Source of the DNA: an uncultured Porphyromonadaceae bacterium
GTDB lineage: Bacteria; Bacteroidota; Bacteroidia; Bacteroidales; Muribaculaceae
NCBI GenBank assembly: GCA_947177015.1
Contig: CAMWSV010000001.1
Coordinates: 1 to 37,463, forward strand
DNA: 37,463 nucleotides
Reading direction: 5' to 3'
The translations under genes and the position numbers were made by a program. Under the pieces are notes generated by a model. That model was not told where the DNA came from. It saw only the letters and a list, made by a program, of their open reading frames with translations, and did no database searches. Of this stretch, positions 1 to 9,248 are shown one piece after another (the first letter of the stretch is position 1; each line of letters starts with the position of its first letter).

Positions 1-113
1 TTATTTTATATTTTGATATATCTTTATTTTATATTTTGATATATCTTTATTATTTTGATATATCTTACTCCTATTAAAAGATGATATATCTTACTCTATT
101 TAAAGATGTATCT
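1..113. repeat. AT-rich degenerate tandem repeat (23-bp unit) containing GATATATC palindromes
   Basis: TTATTTTATATTTTGATATATCT occurs exactly at 1-23 and 24-46, with a shortened copy at 47-65 and two related TACTC..AAAGATG..TATCT units at 66-113. Possibly truncated by the window edge. Confidence 0.8.
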
Positions 114-117
114 TCTT

Positions 118-1446
118 TTATTTTTCCACCAATACCTCGGGGGCTTCGGGCAGATTAGCATTCGGACGGCTCAGCAGCAACGCGTAGATAAAGATATATG
201 CCGCGAGCACAAAGTCAAGCCAGAAACTGTTGAGGATGCTCCCTGATGATGCAATGAATGACTGCAACCAGGGGAAGATGCCGCCGCCGCAGACCATCAC
301 CATGAAGATACCGGACGCTACGGCTGTGTATTTACCAAGACCGGTCACCGAGAGGTTGAAGATCGCACCCCACATTATGGACGCGAAGAAACCGCAAAGC
401 ACGAAGAAGATGGCATTCAGAGGGATCTGCACCACACTGAACGAAAGCATCTTGGAGTCGAATCCGATAAATTCCACGAGATTTTCCTCTGAAAAGAGTC
501 CCAGAAGGATAAATGCCATCGCGCCGAGGCCTGCCGTGATAAGCATCACACGAGATGATACCTTCCCGCCGATAAGTCCGCCAAGAAATCTGCCTACAAG
601 CATCAGGAGCCAGTAGATACCTACCACTGTGCCTGCAATCGCCGCGCTGGATGCCACGTTAAATTGTTGCACCTCCTGATGTTTCTCAAGAAATTGATAG
701 GTCCAGTTGGCAAGACCAACCTCAAGACCTACATAGCAGAAGATAGCCAATACACCGAATGTGAAGTTACGGTAAGCGAACGCCTTCATCACCTTAACTT
801 TTTCCGAGGGTTTACCCAAGTCTTCGGCCTCAGGCAGTTTGCTGAAGAAGAGAACGATAAAGGCTACTGCAAAGATAGCCATCGCGAGATAGAACACCGG
901 ATTGGCTGATGAGATGGTGCTGGCCTCGCCACCGAGAAGTCCTCCCACTATAACTGGTGCCAAGGTGGCACCCAAAGAGTTGAACGAACCACCGAACTGT
1001 ACCAACTGATTACCCTTATTGGGAGTTGAACCGAGGGAGTTGAGCATCGGGTTCACAACCGTGTTGAGCAGACACATCGAGAAGCCTGCCACGAACGCTC
1101 CTGCCAGATAGATCATCACTGCTGTTGAATTCACCCCTATGAAGCCGGAGATGTATGTGATCGCTACGCCGATGAAACCGATAGTCACCGCGTAGAGGGC
1201 AGTAACTCTGAAGCCCTTATCTTGCAAAAGTTTACCTGCCGGATACCCCATGAAGGCGTATGCGATGAAGTTAGCGAGGGTGCCGAGTTGCGACATCATC
1301 GGATTCCCTTCCGACATCTTCTCAATCACTGAGCCTAACGGATTCTGATATCCGGTCACAAACGCAATCATGAAGAACAGCGCAAACATTATTACTATCG
1401 GCAAAGTATAATTCTTTTTTGCCTTTCCGTTCTGATCTTCCAACAT
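118..1446 (-). CDS. MFS sugar transporter, FucP/GluP (fucose/glucose/galactose:H+ symporter) family
   Basis: 442 aa with ~12 hydrophobic helices; family-like motifs FIAYAFMGYPAG, LNTVVNP, SFNSLGATLAP, YVGLEVG, SIMWGAIF, MVCGGGIFP. Confidence 0.85.
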   Translation of the reverse strand: MLEDQNGKAKKNYTLPIVIMFALFFMIAFVTGYQNPLGSVIEKMSEGNPMMSQLGTLANFIAYAFMGYPAGKLLQDKGFRVTALYAVTIGFIGVAITYISGFIGVNSTAVMIYLAGAFVAGFSMCLLNTVVNPMLNSLGSTPNKGNQLVQFGGSFNSLGATLAPVIVGGLLGGEASTISSANPVFYLAMAIFAVAFIVLFFSKLPEAEDLGKPSEKVKVMKAFAYRNFTFGVLAIFCYVGLEVGLANWTYQFLEKHQEVQQFNVASSAAIAGTVVGIYWLLMLVGRFLGGLIGGKVSSRVMLITAGLGAMAFILLGLFSEENLVEFIGFDSKMLSFSVVQIPLNAIFFVLCGFFASIMWGAIFNLSVTGLGKYTAVASGIFMVMVCGGGIFPWLQSFIASSGSILNSFWLDFVLAAYIFIYALLLSRPNANLPEAPEVLVEK

Positions 1447-1596
1447 AATATTACCTTTTATGAGTGATTTGTAGATTTATCTTTCCCCGCAACCTTATCC
1501 ATATATATATATTATATATTCCTATTCATATATATAATTTATACAAGTTTGTATATCTACATAAGGTTTTGATTATACAGTATTGATATGGAGGAT

Positions 1597-2271
1597 TCAA
1601 TATTCGCGCTCACCAAAGATTCGGGTGCCTACACGTATAAGGTTTGAACCTTCTTCCACTGCCACCGGCCAATCGCCGCTCATACCCATCGACACCATAT
1701 CGAATCCTCGGAGGTCGGGGGTCTCCGCTTTAATCCGGTCGAAAACGGAGCGGATGAGTCGGAAATCCTCTCGCACCCGATTCATATCATCCGTGTTTGA
1801 CGCCATCCCCATCACGCCGCAGATATGAGTGCGTTTCAGTTTTTCGTAGCCTTTATTCCTGAAAAACTCAAGAAGTTCATCGGGGGTAAACCCGAATTTA
1901 GTCTCTTCGCGAGCCACATGCAGTTGCATCAGCACTTTGCTATCCACACCCGCCTTATCAGATTCCTTATCGATCATCTCAAGCAGATGCTCCGTATCCA
2001 CACTCTCTATGAGCGAAACCTCCCCTACCAGCATCTTCACCTTATTTGTCTGGAGATGTCCGATGAAATGCCATTCTATATCGGCTGGCAATTCCGTCTT
2101 CTTCTTGAGAAGTTCCTGCACTCTGCTTTCGCCAAATCGTCGCTGACCTACCTTATAGGCTTCCAGCAATGCCTCCGCTGGATGAAACTTGGAAACTGCC
2201 ACAAGTTCCACCCCTGCCGGAATCTCATTCTTGAGAAGTTCTATATTTCGCGCTACGTCCTGATACGCCAT
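1597..2271 (-). CDS. yggS: YggS/PROSC pyridoxal-phosphate homeostasis protein
   Basis: LVAVSK (PLP lysine), FGESRVQE, WHFIGHLQTNK, SMGMSGD, IRVGTRIFG. Start moved to the ATG at 2271 (MAYQD) to avoid overlap with the upstream gene. Confidence 0.95.
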   Translation of the reverse strand: MAYQDVARNIELLKNEIPAGVELVAVSKFHPAEALLEAYKVGQRRFGESRVQELLKKKTELPADIEWHFIGHLQTNKVKMLVGEVSLIESVDTEHLLEMIDKESDKAGVDSKVLMQLHVAREETKFGFTPDELLEFFRNKGYEKLKRTHICGVMGMASNTDDMNRVREDFRLIRSVFDRIKAETPDLRGFDMVSMGMSGDWPVAVEEGSNLIRVGTRIFGEREY

Positions 2272-2293
2272 ATCTCTGCCTCCGTTCTTTTCT

Positions 2294-2746
2294 TTATTGC
2301 ATCGATGAGGCTTTAGCCTCAAGATTCAAGGGAAACACATCCATAATGGCTGTCTCCGTAATCGAGGCTATCTCATAGTCGCAGATGGTATCTTTCATCG
2401 ATTCATGGAAGTTAGACAAGGCAGTGTCGAAGTCAGAAGCCTGCACCAGGGCAAATACCGCTGATTTTTTCTCCACACCCGATTTCTCATCAATGGTGAT
2501 GATATTATATTTCACGCTGTAATACTTATCACCGGTCTCATCATAGAATATCTCGGCCACCTTAGTCTTCTTCACAGCGGAAATGCTGTAGTCGCCGGAG
2601 ATAAACGGGGTAATCTCTTCGATGATGCGGGCTTCTGCCTCGGTAAAACTCAAGGCGTCCACCATATACGGTTCGTTCACTTTCTTAGGCACACCATTCT
2701 CCATCATCTTGTCGTAGCGTACCTTACATTCAAACCAAAGAGCCAT
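2294..2746 (-). CDS. DUF4494 family protein
   Basis: Begins WFECKVRYDKMMENG..KKVNEPYMVDALSFTEAEARI, typical of this Bacteroidota family; adjacent to yggS. Confidence 0.85.
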   Translation of the reverse strand: MALWFECKVRYDKMMENGVPKKVNEPYMVDALSFTEAEARIIEEITPFISGDYSISAVKKTKVAEIFYDETGDKYYSVKYNIITIDEKSGVEKKSAVFALVQASDFDTALSNFHESMKDTICDYEIASITETAIMDVFPLNLEAKASSMQ

Positions 2747-2785
2747 ATCTTTATCCTGTATTTCGGGTTCTTTTTGTATTTATAC

Positions 2786-2891
2786 CTGATGATCCATGAG
2801 TTCCGGCTCATACCTGCACGCGTCAAAGTGGCTTCGCAGGCAGACTCACTCATCAGCCGAAACGGGATTTATATCCCTCTTTAATCATCAG
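2786..2891 (-). ncRNA. Candidate structured RNA in the leader of the DUF4494-yggS operon (family unassigned)
   Basis: Closing stem 2786-2793/2884-2891, inner stems 2800-2808/2855-2863 and 2811-2818/2835-2842, hairpin 2864-2877. Mismatches read as G-U only on the minus strand. Lies just downstream of a consensus promoter. Confidence 0.5.
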
Positions 2892-2906
2892 AAATTTATT
2901 TCTTGA

Positions 2907-2937
2907 CAAAGATACTAACTTTTTATTTCTACACAAA
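2907..2937 (-). promoter_or_regulatory. Bacteroidota sigma-A promoter (-33 TTTG, -7 TATCTTTG)
   Basis: Minus strand reads TTTG-19 nt-TATCTTTG, matching the TTTG/TAnnTTTG consensus and spacing. Confidence 0.7.
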
Positions 2938-3083
2938 ATAATTCCCTATCATCTTCCCATTTTTTTCATTCTTATCGCTTTTTTACCTGTTTTACATGAA
3001 TACGAGCCAGATTATCTTTTCTTATTTTTTCAACATTCCTGAAGATTTATTTTATTTTTTTAGCATCCGTCACTATTATTTTT

Positions 3084-3091
3084 TATATTTG
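3084..3091 (+). promoter_or_regulatory. Putative -7 promoter box for the DUF4492-cydAB operon
   Basis: TATATTTG followed by CA, about 100 bp upstream of the first ATG. Confidence 0.55.
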
Positions 3092-3191
3092 CAGTTTAGT
3101 AGGACACCTTTACAGTTTACTGAGACACCTGTTTCCCGGTTTAAGACGTCCTTATGATGATTTCATCATTTATCTTAACAACGTTTAGTAT

Positions 3192-3398
3192 ATGTCAATA
3201 AAAAATATTCTGATTTTTTATCGCGACGGATTCCGCCAGATGACCATCGGCAGAACCCTCTGGGCAATTATCCTCATAAAACTTTTCTTACTCTTCTTCG
3301 TGCTCAAATTATTCTTCTTTCCCAATCTCCTCGAAAAGAATTTTGACACTGATGAGGATCGCGCCGAGGCTGTAAGAACTAACCTCACTATGCCCTGA
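3192..3398 (+). CDS. DUF4492 family small membrane protein (cyd-associated)
   Basis: FYRDGFRQMTIGRTLWAIILIKLFLLFFVLKLFFFP; directly upstream of cydA as is usual in Bacteroidales. Confidence 0.85.
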   Translation: MSIKNILIFYRDGFRQMTIGRTLWAIILIKLFLLFFVLKLFFFPNLLEKNFDTDEDRAEAVRTNLTMP

Positions 3399-3508
3399 CT
3401 TCCCTTCGCGCGCCCGGGCACAATCTCGCCTTATCAATAATCATTTCATTGATAATTAACATTTACCATAAGACAATCCAAGTAAAACCTTAATAACAAA
3501 GTACCCTT

Positions 3509-5077
3509 ATGAACGATTTAATCACCGTCGTAGATTGGTCGAGATGGCAATTCGCCCTTACGGCAATTTACCATTGGCTTTTTGTCCCCCTCACTCTGGG
3601 TCTCTCTGTAATTGTGGCTGTCATGGAGTCTATATATCTGAAGACCAGTGACAGCAAATGGCTCAGTACCACTAAGTTCTGGATGACCCTCCTGGCTATC
3701 AACTTCGCCATCGGCGTTGCCACAGGTATAATCCTCGAATTCGAATTCGGCACAAACTGGAGCAACTACTCATGGTTTGTAGGCGATATCTTCGGTGCGC
3801 CCCTCGCAATCGAAGGTATACTCGCTTTCTTTATGGAAGCCACTTTCGGTGCCGTTATGTTCTTCGGCTGGAATAAGGTCAGCCCCCGATTCCACCTGCT
3901 CTCCACATGGCTCACCGCTATAGGAGCATCCATCTCCGCCCTTTGGATTCTCGTGGCAAACTCCTGGATGCAGTATCCCGTGGGAATGGAGTTCGACCCT
4001 GCTCAGATGCGCAACGTGATGGATGATTTCTGGGCGCTCTTCTCGGGCGTTGCTATCAATAAGTTTTTCCATGCCGTATTGAGCGGTTGGGCTCTTTCCG
4101 GTGTATTCGTAATCGGAGTTGCTTGCTTCTTCCTCTTCAGGAAAAGCAACCGCGATTTCGCGCTCCGCTCCATCAAAGTGGGCGGTTGGATCGGGCTCGC
4201 CGGTCTGCTCCTGTGTATGTTCACCGGCGATGGCTCGGCAGTGGAAGTCACCCGCACCCAACCCATGAAACTCGCCGCTATGGAAGGGCTATATGAGGGT
4301 TCCGAAGGTCAGAGCCTCGTCACCCTCGGATTGATCAACCCCGATAAGAAGTGGGATAATAATGAGGATCCCTACCTTTTTGAAATCTCCCTTCCTAAAG
4401 GTCTTTCCATCCTTGCCCGCCACGATATGAATGCTTACGTGCCCGGCATATCCGACATTATAAACGGCGTTGACGTCATTGACGGCGACACGATCAATAC
4501 CGTCTCCTACGAAGATAGAATACGGCGCGGACGTATCGCTCAAAGCGCTCTGCGCGAGTACGGAATGGCTCTGCGCGAAGGCAATGTTGAAGCCACTCAC
4601 GCCGCTCAGCAGACTCTTGCAGAAAACTATCAGTTCTTCGGCTACGGTTACTTCAATTCTCCTGCAGAGGCTATCCCGCCCGTGGCGCTCACCTTCTATT
4701 CTTTCAGAGTCATGGTGATGCTCGGCAGTTATTTCCTCCTCTTCTACGTTGTGGTGCTCTTCCTGGCATATAAAGCCCCGAAATGGCTTACTGACAAGAA
4801 GTGGCTCCAGATTGTGGCTATGATTTCAGTGCCTTTAATGTATATCTGTTCCGAGGCAGGCTGGATTGTTGCCGAAGTGGGTCGTCAGCCCTGGACCGTG
4901 CAGGATCTCCTCCCCGTAGGCGCTGCAATCTCCGACATTCCCTCTTCTTCCGTAATGATTACGTTCTGGATGTTTGCCATACTCTTCACCGTGCTCCTAT
5001 GCGCCGAAGTGGGCATAATGATCAAATGGGTGCTCAAGGCTACACATTCAGATATTGACAACCAGAGCAATAAATAA
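3509..5077 (+). CDS. cydA: Cytochrome bd ubiquinol oxidase subunit I
   Basis: RWQFALTAIYHWLFVPLTLG, EFEFGTNWS, QPMKLAAMEG (Q-loop), EVGRQPW. Confidence 0.97.
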   Translation: MNDLITVVDWSRWQFALTAIYHWLFVPLTLGLSVIVAVMESIYLKTSDSKWLSTTKFWMTLLAINFAIGVATGIILEFEFGTNWSNYSWFVGDIFGAPLAIEGILAFFMEATFGAVMFFGWNKVSPRFHLLSTWLTAIGASISALWILVANSWMQYPVGMEFDPAQMRNVMDDFWALFSGVAINKFFHAVLSGWALSGVFVIGVACFFLFRKSNRDFALRSIKVGGWIGLAGLLLCMFTGDGSAVEVTRTQPMKLAAMEGLYEGSEGQSLVTLGLINPDKKWDNNEDPYLFEISLPKGLSILARHDMNAYVPGISDIINGVDVIDGDTINTVSYEDRIRRGRIAQSALREYGMALREGNVEATHAAQQTLAENYQFFGYGYFNSPAEAIPPVALTFYSFRVMVMLGSYFLLFYVVVLFLAYKAPKWLTDKKWLQIVAMISVPLMYICSEAGWIVAEVGRQPWTVQDLLPVGAAISDIPSSSVMITFWMFAILFTVLLCAEVGIMIKWVLKATHSDIDNQSNK

Positions 5078-5098
5078 TTCCCTTAAATCTTTATTACT

Positions 5099-6235
5099 AT
5101 GACATTGGATCTATTGCAAAATTATTGGTGGGTGATCGTATCCGTTTTGGGCGGCATCCTCGTGTTTCTGCTTTTCGTACAGGGCGGCCAGTCTATGCTG
5201 CTCAATGTCCCGGATAGTTCCTGGACTCAGATGATAGTTCAGGCGATCGGCCGTAAATGGGAATTAACCTTCACCACGCTCGTCACTTTTGGCGGTGCCG
5301 CTTTCGCTGCGTTCCCGCTGTTCTATTCTACAAGTTTCGGAGGTGCCTATTGGCTCTGGATGCTTATCCTGATCAGTTTCGTGGTGCAGGCTGTAAGTTA
5401 TGAATATCGCTGCAAACCCGGCAATCTCCTCGGAAGCAGGATTTACGATATTTTCCTTTTCTTCAATGGCCTTGTAGGGTGCGTGCTGCTCGGTGTGGCT
5501 GTGGCAATGTTCTTCTTTGGTGGCGAGTTCACCGTATCTCGCGGCGCTATGCTCGATAGCAATGCTCCCGTAGTTTCCGTCTGGGCTTCCACACATGGCT
5601 TTGAAGCAATCTTCTGCTGGAAAAACCTTCTGCTCGGTGGCGCGGTATTCTTCCTCGCCCGTGTGCTCGCCGCGCTCTACCTGATGAATGCCGTCAATGC
5701 CGGCGAGAAGTTCTACCAATGGATGAAAAAGAAACTCTGGTGGTCTACCGGTCTGTTCCTCGTATTCTTCCTCGCTTTCCTTGCTGTGCTGCTCACCTCG
5801 GACGGCTACACCGTGCTCTCTTCAAATTCTGTGGTCACCGAAGTGGAGTTGACTCCTTTCAAATACTGGCATAATCTCATTTCCTCACCCTCTATCCTTA
5901 TTCTTCTCCTCCTGGGTGTGGCTAATGTATTGCTCGGAATCCTCCGCACTCTCTTCACCAAGGTTTACACTCAGGGCATCTGGTTTGCAGGTATCGGTAC
6001 GTTCTTCACCGTGGTGGCTCTCTTCTGGATGGCGGGGTTCTGCGACACTCCGTTCCTCCCGTCTGTCACCGACCCGGCGTCTTCGCTCACCATCCGCAAC
6101 GCCTCGTCTTCGCAGTTCACTCTGCAGACTATGACCTACGTGTCTATCCTTATCCCCTTTGTAGTAGCATATATCTGGTACGTCTGGAAACAAATCGATG
6201 CAAAAAAAATCACAAAACCCGAATCAGAACATTGA
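5099..6235 (+). CDS. cydB: Cytochrome bd ubiquinol oxidase subunit II
   Basis: Polytopic membrane protein directly after cydA; KWELTFTTLVTFGGAAFAAFP and SLTIRNASSSQFTL motifs. Confidence 0.95.
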   Translation: MTLDLLQNYWWVIVSVLGGILVFLLFVQGGQSMLLNVPDSSWTQMIVQAIGRKWELTFTTLVTFGGAAFAAFPLFYSTSFGGAYWLWMLILISFVVQAVSYEYRCKPGNLLGSRIYDIFLFFNGLVGCVLLGVAVAMFFFGGEFTVSRGAMLDSNAPVVSVWASTHGFEAIFCWKNLLLGGAVFFLARVLAALYLMNAVNAGEKFYQWMKKKLWWSTGLFLVFFLAFLAVLLTSDGYTVLSSNSVVTEVELTPFKYWHNLISSPSILILLLLGVANVLLGILRTLFTKVYTQGIWFAGIGTFFTVVALFWMAGFCDTPFLPSVTDPASSLTIRNASSSQFTLQTMTYVSILIPFVVAYIWYVWKQIDAKKITKPESEH

Positions 6236-6884
6236 TGCGTCCGCCGGGTCCGACGATGTGAACGTACAGACCACCCAGAATCGCAGCGAAGTGCTGCAAC
6301 TCTTCTTGTCTTTCTTCAAGATCGGCTTGTTCACATTTGGCGGTGGCTGGGCGATGATTTCGATTATCGAACGTGAAATCGTTGATAAATATAACTGGAT
6401 TCGCCGAGAAGACTTTCTTGATCTCCTGGCAGTGGCTCAGTCACTGCCGGGGATTCTTGCTGTAAATATCGCCACAGCCGTAGGCGATAAACTCCACGGC
6501 ATGAAGGGCTCCGCGGTTGCCACCTTAGGATGCGTCCTCCCCTCTTTCCTCATAATCCTCTGCATAGCGATATTCCTCACACCCGACATGATCAAGAGCA
6601 ACCATCTGCTCTCGGCTATCTTCATGGGTATCCGTCCCGCTGTCGTGGCTCTTATTATCGCTCCCGTCATCACCTCCGCTCGCGCCGCCAAACTCGGTCT
6701 GAAGACCGTATGGATCCCCCTCGTAGTGGCTCTGATGATATCATCTTCACAACTTTTCGGAATCAACCTCGGCTTCGCCTCAAACCCCATCCTCTTCATC
6801 ATCCTCGGAGGCCTCGGAGGATGGCTGTTCTGGCGTATGAGTATAAAGAATCTTAAGAATCATAATAATCAGACGGAATCGTAA
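6198..6884 (+). CDS. Short-chain chromate ion transporter (CHR family), first subunit
   Basis: FFKIGLFTFGGGWAM, AQSLPG, RPAVVALI. Start uncertain: the listed ATG overlaps cydB, and GTG at 6258 is an alternative. Confidence 0.88.
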   Translation: MQKKSQNPNQNIDASAGSDDVNVQTTQNRSEVLQLFLSFFKIGLFTFGGGWAMISIIEREIVDKYNWIRREDFLDLLAVAQSLPGILAVNIATAVGDKLHGMKGSAVATLGCVLPSFLIILCIAIFLTPDMIKSNHLLSAIFMGIRPAVVALIIAPVITSARAAKLGLKTVWIPLVVALMISSSQLFGINLGFASNPILFIILGGLGGWLFWRMSIKNLKNHNNQTES

Positions 6885-6892
6885 CCTCAGCC

Positions 6893-7501
6893 ATGAATAT
6901 ATATCTTAAATTGATATGGGCATATCTCAAGATTGGTATCTTCGGATTCGGCGGCGGCTACGCCATGCTTTCGCTCGTAGAACATTCCGTTGTAGATCCC
7001 GGCTGGATTACCGAGACGATGTTTACCGACATCGTGGCAATCTCGCAGATGACCCCCGGACCTATCGGCATTAACTCCGCCACATACATAGGATATGTGG
7101 CTCCGGCACACGTCAATCCGGCACTCGCATCCCCTCTATGGGGCGTGCTCGGGTCAGTACTCGCCACTTTGGCAGTCGTGCTCCCTTCGTTCTTCCTCGT
7201 TATCTACAGTTCTCACTTCATCCGCCGCCATCAGGAGAGCGGTGCCATCAAGGGTATCTTCGCCGGTCTGCGCCCCGTTGTGGTTGGACTCATAGCCTCG
7301 GCTGCAATCCTTCTCATGAATAATGCCAACTTCAATCCCAACGGACTAAACTGGCAACTCGTCACCAATATCATCATTTGTGCCGTGGCGTTCTGCCTCG
7401 TTTTTTTCAAGATTCCGGTGAAGGGAAAGAAGATTTCACTTCACCCCATTCTGGTGATTTGCCTGGCAGGTCTCGCCGGCTATCTCATCTACGGCTTGTG
7501 A
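6893..7501 (+). CDS. Short-chain chromate ion transporter (CHR family), second subunit
   Basis: KIGIFGFGGGYAM, SQMTPGPIGINSATYIG, GLRPVVVGLI; tandem pair typical of short CHRs. Confidence 0.9.
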   Translation: MNIYLKLIWAYLKIGIFGFGGGYAMLSLVEHSVVDPGWITETMFTDIVAISQMTPGPIGINSATYIGYVAPAHVNPALASPLWGVLGSVLATLAVVLPSFFLVIYSSHFIRRHQESGAIKGIFAGLRPVVVGLIASAAILLMNNANFNPNGLNWQLVTNIIICAVAFCLVFFKIPVKGKKISLHPILVICLAGLAGYLIYGL

Positions 7502-7540
7502 TTCTAAGCAGAAACTTTACAATCAGATAAAATCTCAATC

Positions 7541-7585
7541 CATAAAGCCGGCATCACTTTAAGCCGGCTTTATGCTGTCTTTTCC
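7541..7585 (+). terminator. Putative intrinsic terminator after the cyd/chr operon
   Basis: Perfect 12-bp stem CATAAAGCCGGC (7541-7552)/GCCGGCTTTATG (7563-7574) followed by a T-rich tail. Confidence 0.6.
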
Positions 7586-7623
7586 CTTCGGATAAGTTTC
7601 CTTCACCCGGTAATTAATTCTAT

Positions 7624-8943
7624 ATGACTTATAAAGAATCTCTCGATTTTCTCTTCTCGCAACTTCCGATGTTCTCACGCATAGGAGCGGCGGCTTACAA
7701 ACCCGGACTCGATACATCCATTGCCCTCGACAATTATTTCGGCAACCCGCATCGCTGCTTTACGTCTATCCATGTGGCAGGCACCAACGGTAAGGGTTCG
7801 ACTTCTCACAACATCGCTTCAATTCTGCAGCAAGAGGGTTACAAAGTAGGACTATATACATCTCCTCACCTTGCTGATTTCCGCGAAAGAATACGTGTCA
7901 ACGGAAAGATGATTCCGGAGCAGAGTGTGATTGATTTTGTAGAGCGCTGGAGAGAGTGCGGATATGAGGGGCATCCGTCGTTTTTCGAACTCACCATGAT
8001 GATGGCTTTCGACTGGTTTGCCGCCCAAGAGGTGGATTACGCTGTGATAGAAGTCGGAATGGGGGGCAGACTCGATTCCACTAATATCATCACCCCGATA
8101 GCCTGCGTCATCACCAATATCTCTTTCGATCATACCCAGTTTTTAGGCTCAACTCTCCCGCAGATCGCCGGTGAAAAAGCCGGCATCATCAAATCGGGCA
8201 TTCCGGTAGTGATCGGTCACGCCAATGGTGATGTGAGGGAAGTTTTCGAGAAACGCAGTGCCGAGGTCGGCGCTCCCATCGTATTCGCTGAGGATCTGCA
8301 ACCGCTCACTGAGGCAACAGCCACCGAAGATTTCACCCTTGAATGTGATTCCGCCACTGTGGGCGAATTCACATCGCCCCTCTCCGGTGCTTACCAGAAG
8401 GAAAATATTAACACTGTGCTTAGCGCCGTAGAGACACTCCGCAACGCCGGCGTTGAAATCTCTGATGAGTCTGTCAGGGAGGGAATGAAGAATGTAATCA
8501 CCAACACCGGACTTGCCGGAAGATGGATGAAAGTATCCGACTCCCCCCTCACCATTTGCGACACCGGACACAATCAGGCAGGTCTATCCATAACAATGCC
8601 TCAACTCCATGCGATTCTCCTTCGACATCGCCAAAACTCCCCCGATGCTCAACTACGTATGGTCATCGGGTTCGTAAGCGATAAGGATGTGGCACACATC
8701 GTCGACCTTCTCCCCAAAGATGCCATCTACTACGTCACTCAGGCCTCCGTACCCCGCGCAATGCCTGCAGAGAATCTCCTTCCCCTGCTTGAAGGAGCCG
8801 GACTCAACTGCCGCCTGATTCCTGAAGGTGTAGCAACAGCCTATAAAACCGCCCTCAACGACCTCTCCACTCCCCATGATATTATTTTCATCGGCGGCTC
8901 CACTTTCATCGTAGCCGACTTCCTCGCTTCACTCCACAATTAA
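7624..8943 (+). CDS. folC: Folylpolyglutamate synthase/dihydrofolate synthase
   Basis: HVAGTNGKGS P-loop, YTSPHL, EVGMGGRLDSTN, EKAGIIK, DTGHN. Confidence 0.96.
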   Translation: MTYKESLDFLFSQLPMFSRIGAAAYKPGLDTSIALDNYFGNPHRCFTSIHVAGTNGKGSTSHNIASILQQEGYKVGLYTSPHLADFRERIRVNGKMIPEQSVIDFVERWRECGYEGHPSFFELTMMMAFDWFAAQEVDYAVIEVGMGGRLDSTNIITPIACVITNISFDHTQFLGSTLPQIAGEKAGIIKSGIPVVIGHANGDVREVFEKRSAEVGAPIVFAEDLQPLTEATATEDFTLECDSATVGEFTSPLSGAYQKENINTVLSAVETLRNAGVEISDESVREGMKNVITNTGLAGRWMKVSDSPLTICDTGHNQAGLSITMPQLHAILLRHRQNSPDAQLRMVIGFVSDKDVAHIVDLLPKDAIYYVTQASVPRAMPAENLLPLLEGAGLNCRLIPEGVATAYKTALNDLSTPHDIIFIGGSTFIVADFLASLHN

Positions 8944-9054
8944 TTTTTATGTCTTATCAAATTTTAAATTTGTACATTAAATCTTTTTAAGTGCAACTTT
9001 AAATTTTCCGAGCCCAAACATTTTTCAACTCAAATAATAACCTAAACCGAAAAC

Positions 9055-9102
9055 CCCAGGAATAAAAGCCACGACATCTCTGTCTTGGCTTTTATTTCTG
9101 GG
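9055..9102. terminator. Long hairpin between the convergent folC and rng genes
   Basis: CCCAGGAATAAAAGCCACGACA (9055-9076) pairs imperfectly with TGTCTTGGCTTTTATTTCTGGG (9081-9102). Confidence 0.6.
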
Positions 9103-9128
9103 ATGATTCTTTTATTTCTGGGATGATT
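9089..9128. repeat. 20-bp tandem duplication CTTTTATTTCTGGGATGATT x2
   Basis: Exact copies at 9089-9108 and 9109-9128, duplicating part of the hairpin 3' arm. Confidence 0.85.
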
Positions 9129-9183
9129 TGGGATACAGTCTATGTAACCTTCCGAACTTTACATGTTCGTGACGCAGACCCAT

Positions 9184-9227
9184 AAAAGATAGAGGATATG
9201 CTTACGGATGCATATCCTCTTTCTTTT
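9184..9227. terminator. Probable bidirectional intrinsic terminator next to the rng stop
   Basis: Stem AGAGGATATGC (9191-9201)/GCATATCCTCT (9210-9220), flanked by A-rich and T-rich tracts. Confidence 0.7.
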
Positions 9228-9248
9228 AGGTTCACGAGGGGGTTGACG

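Noticed and set aside
1-113. CRISPR array
   Set aside because: Units are contiguous with no unique spacers, and no cas genes are present.
2786-2880. CTGATGA...GAAAC resembling a hammerhead ribozyme core
   Set aside because: Stem II closing pair and stem III/NUH geometry do not fit; CTGATGA is better explained as a stem arm.
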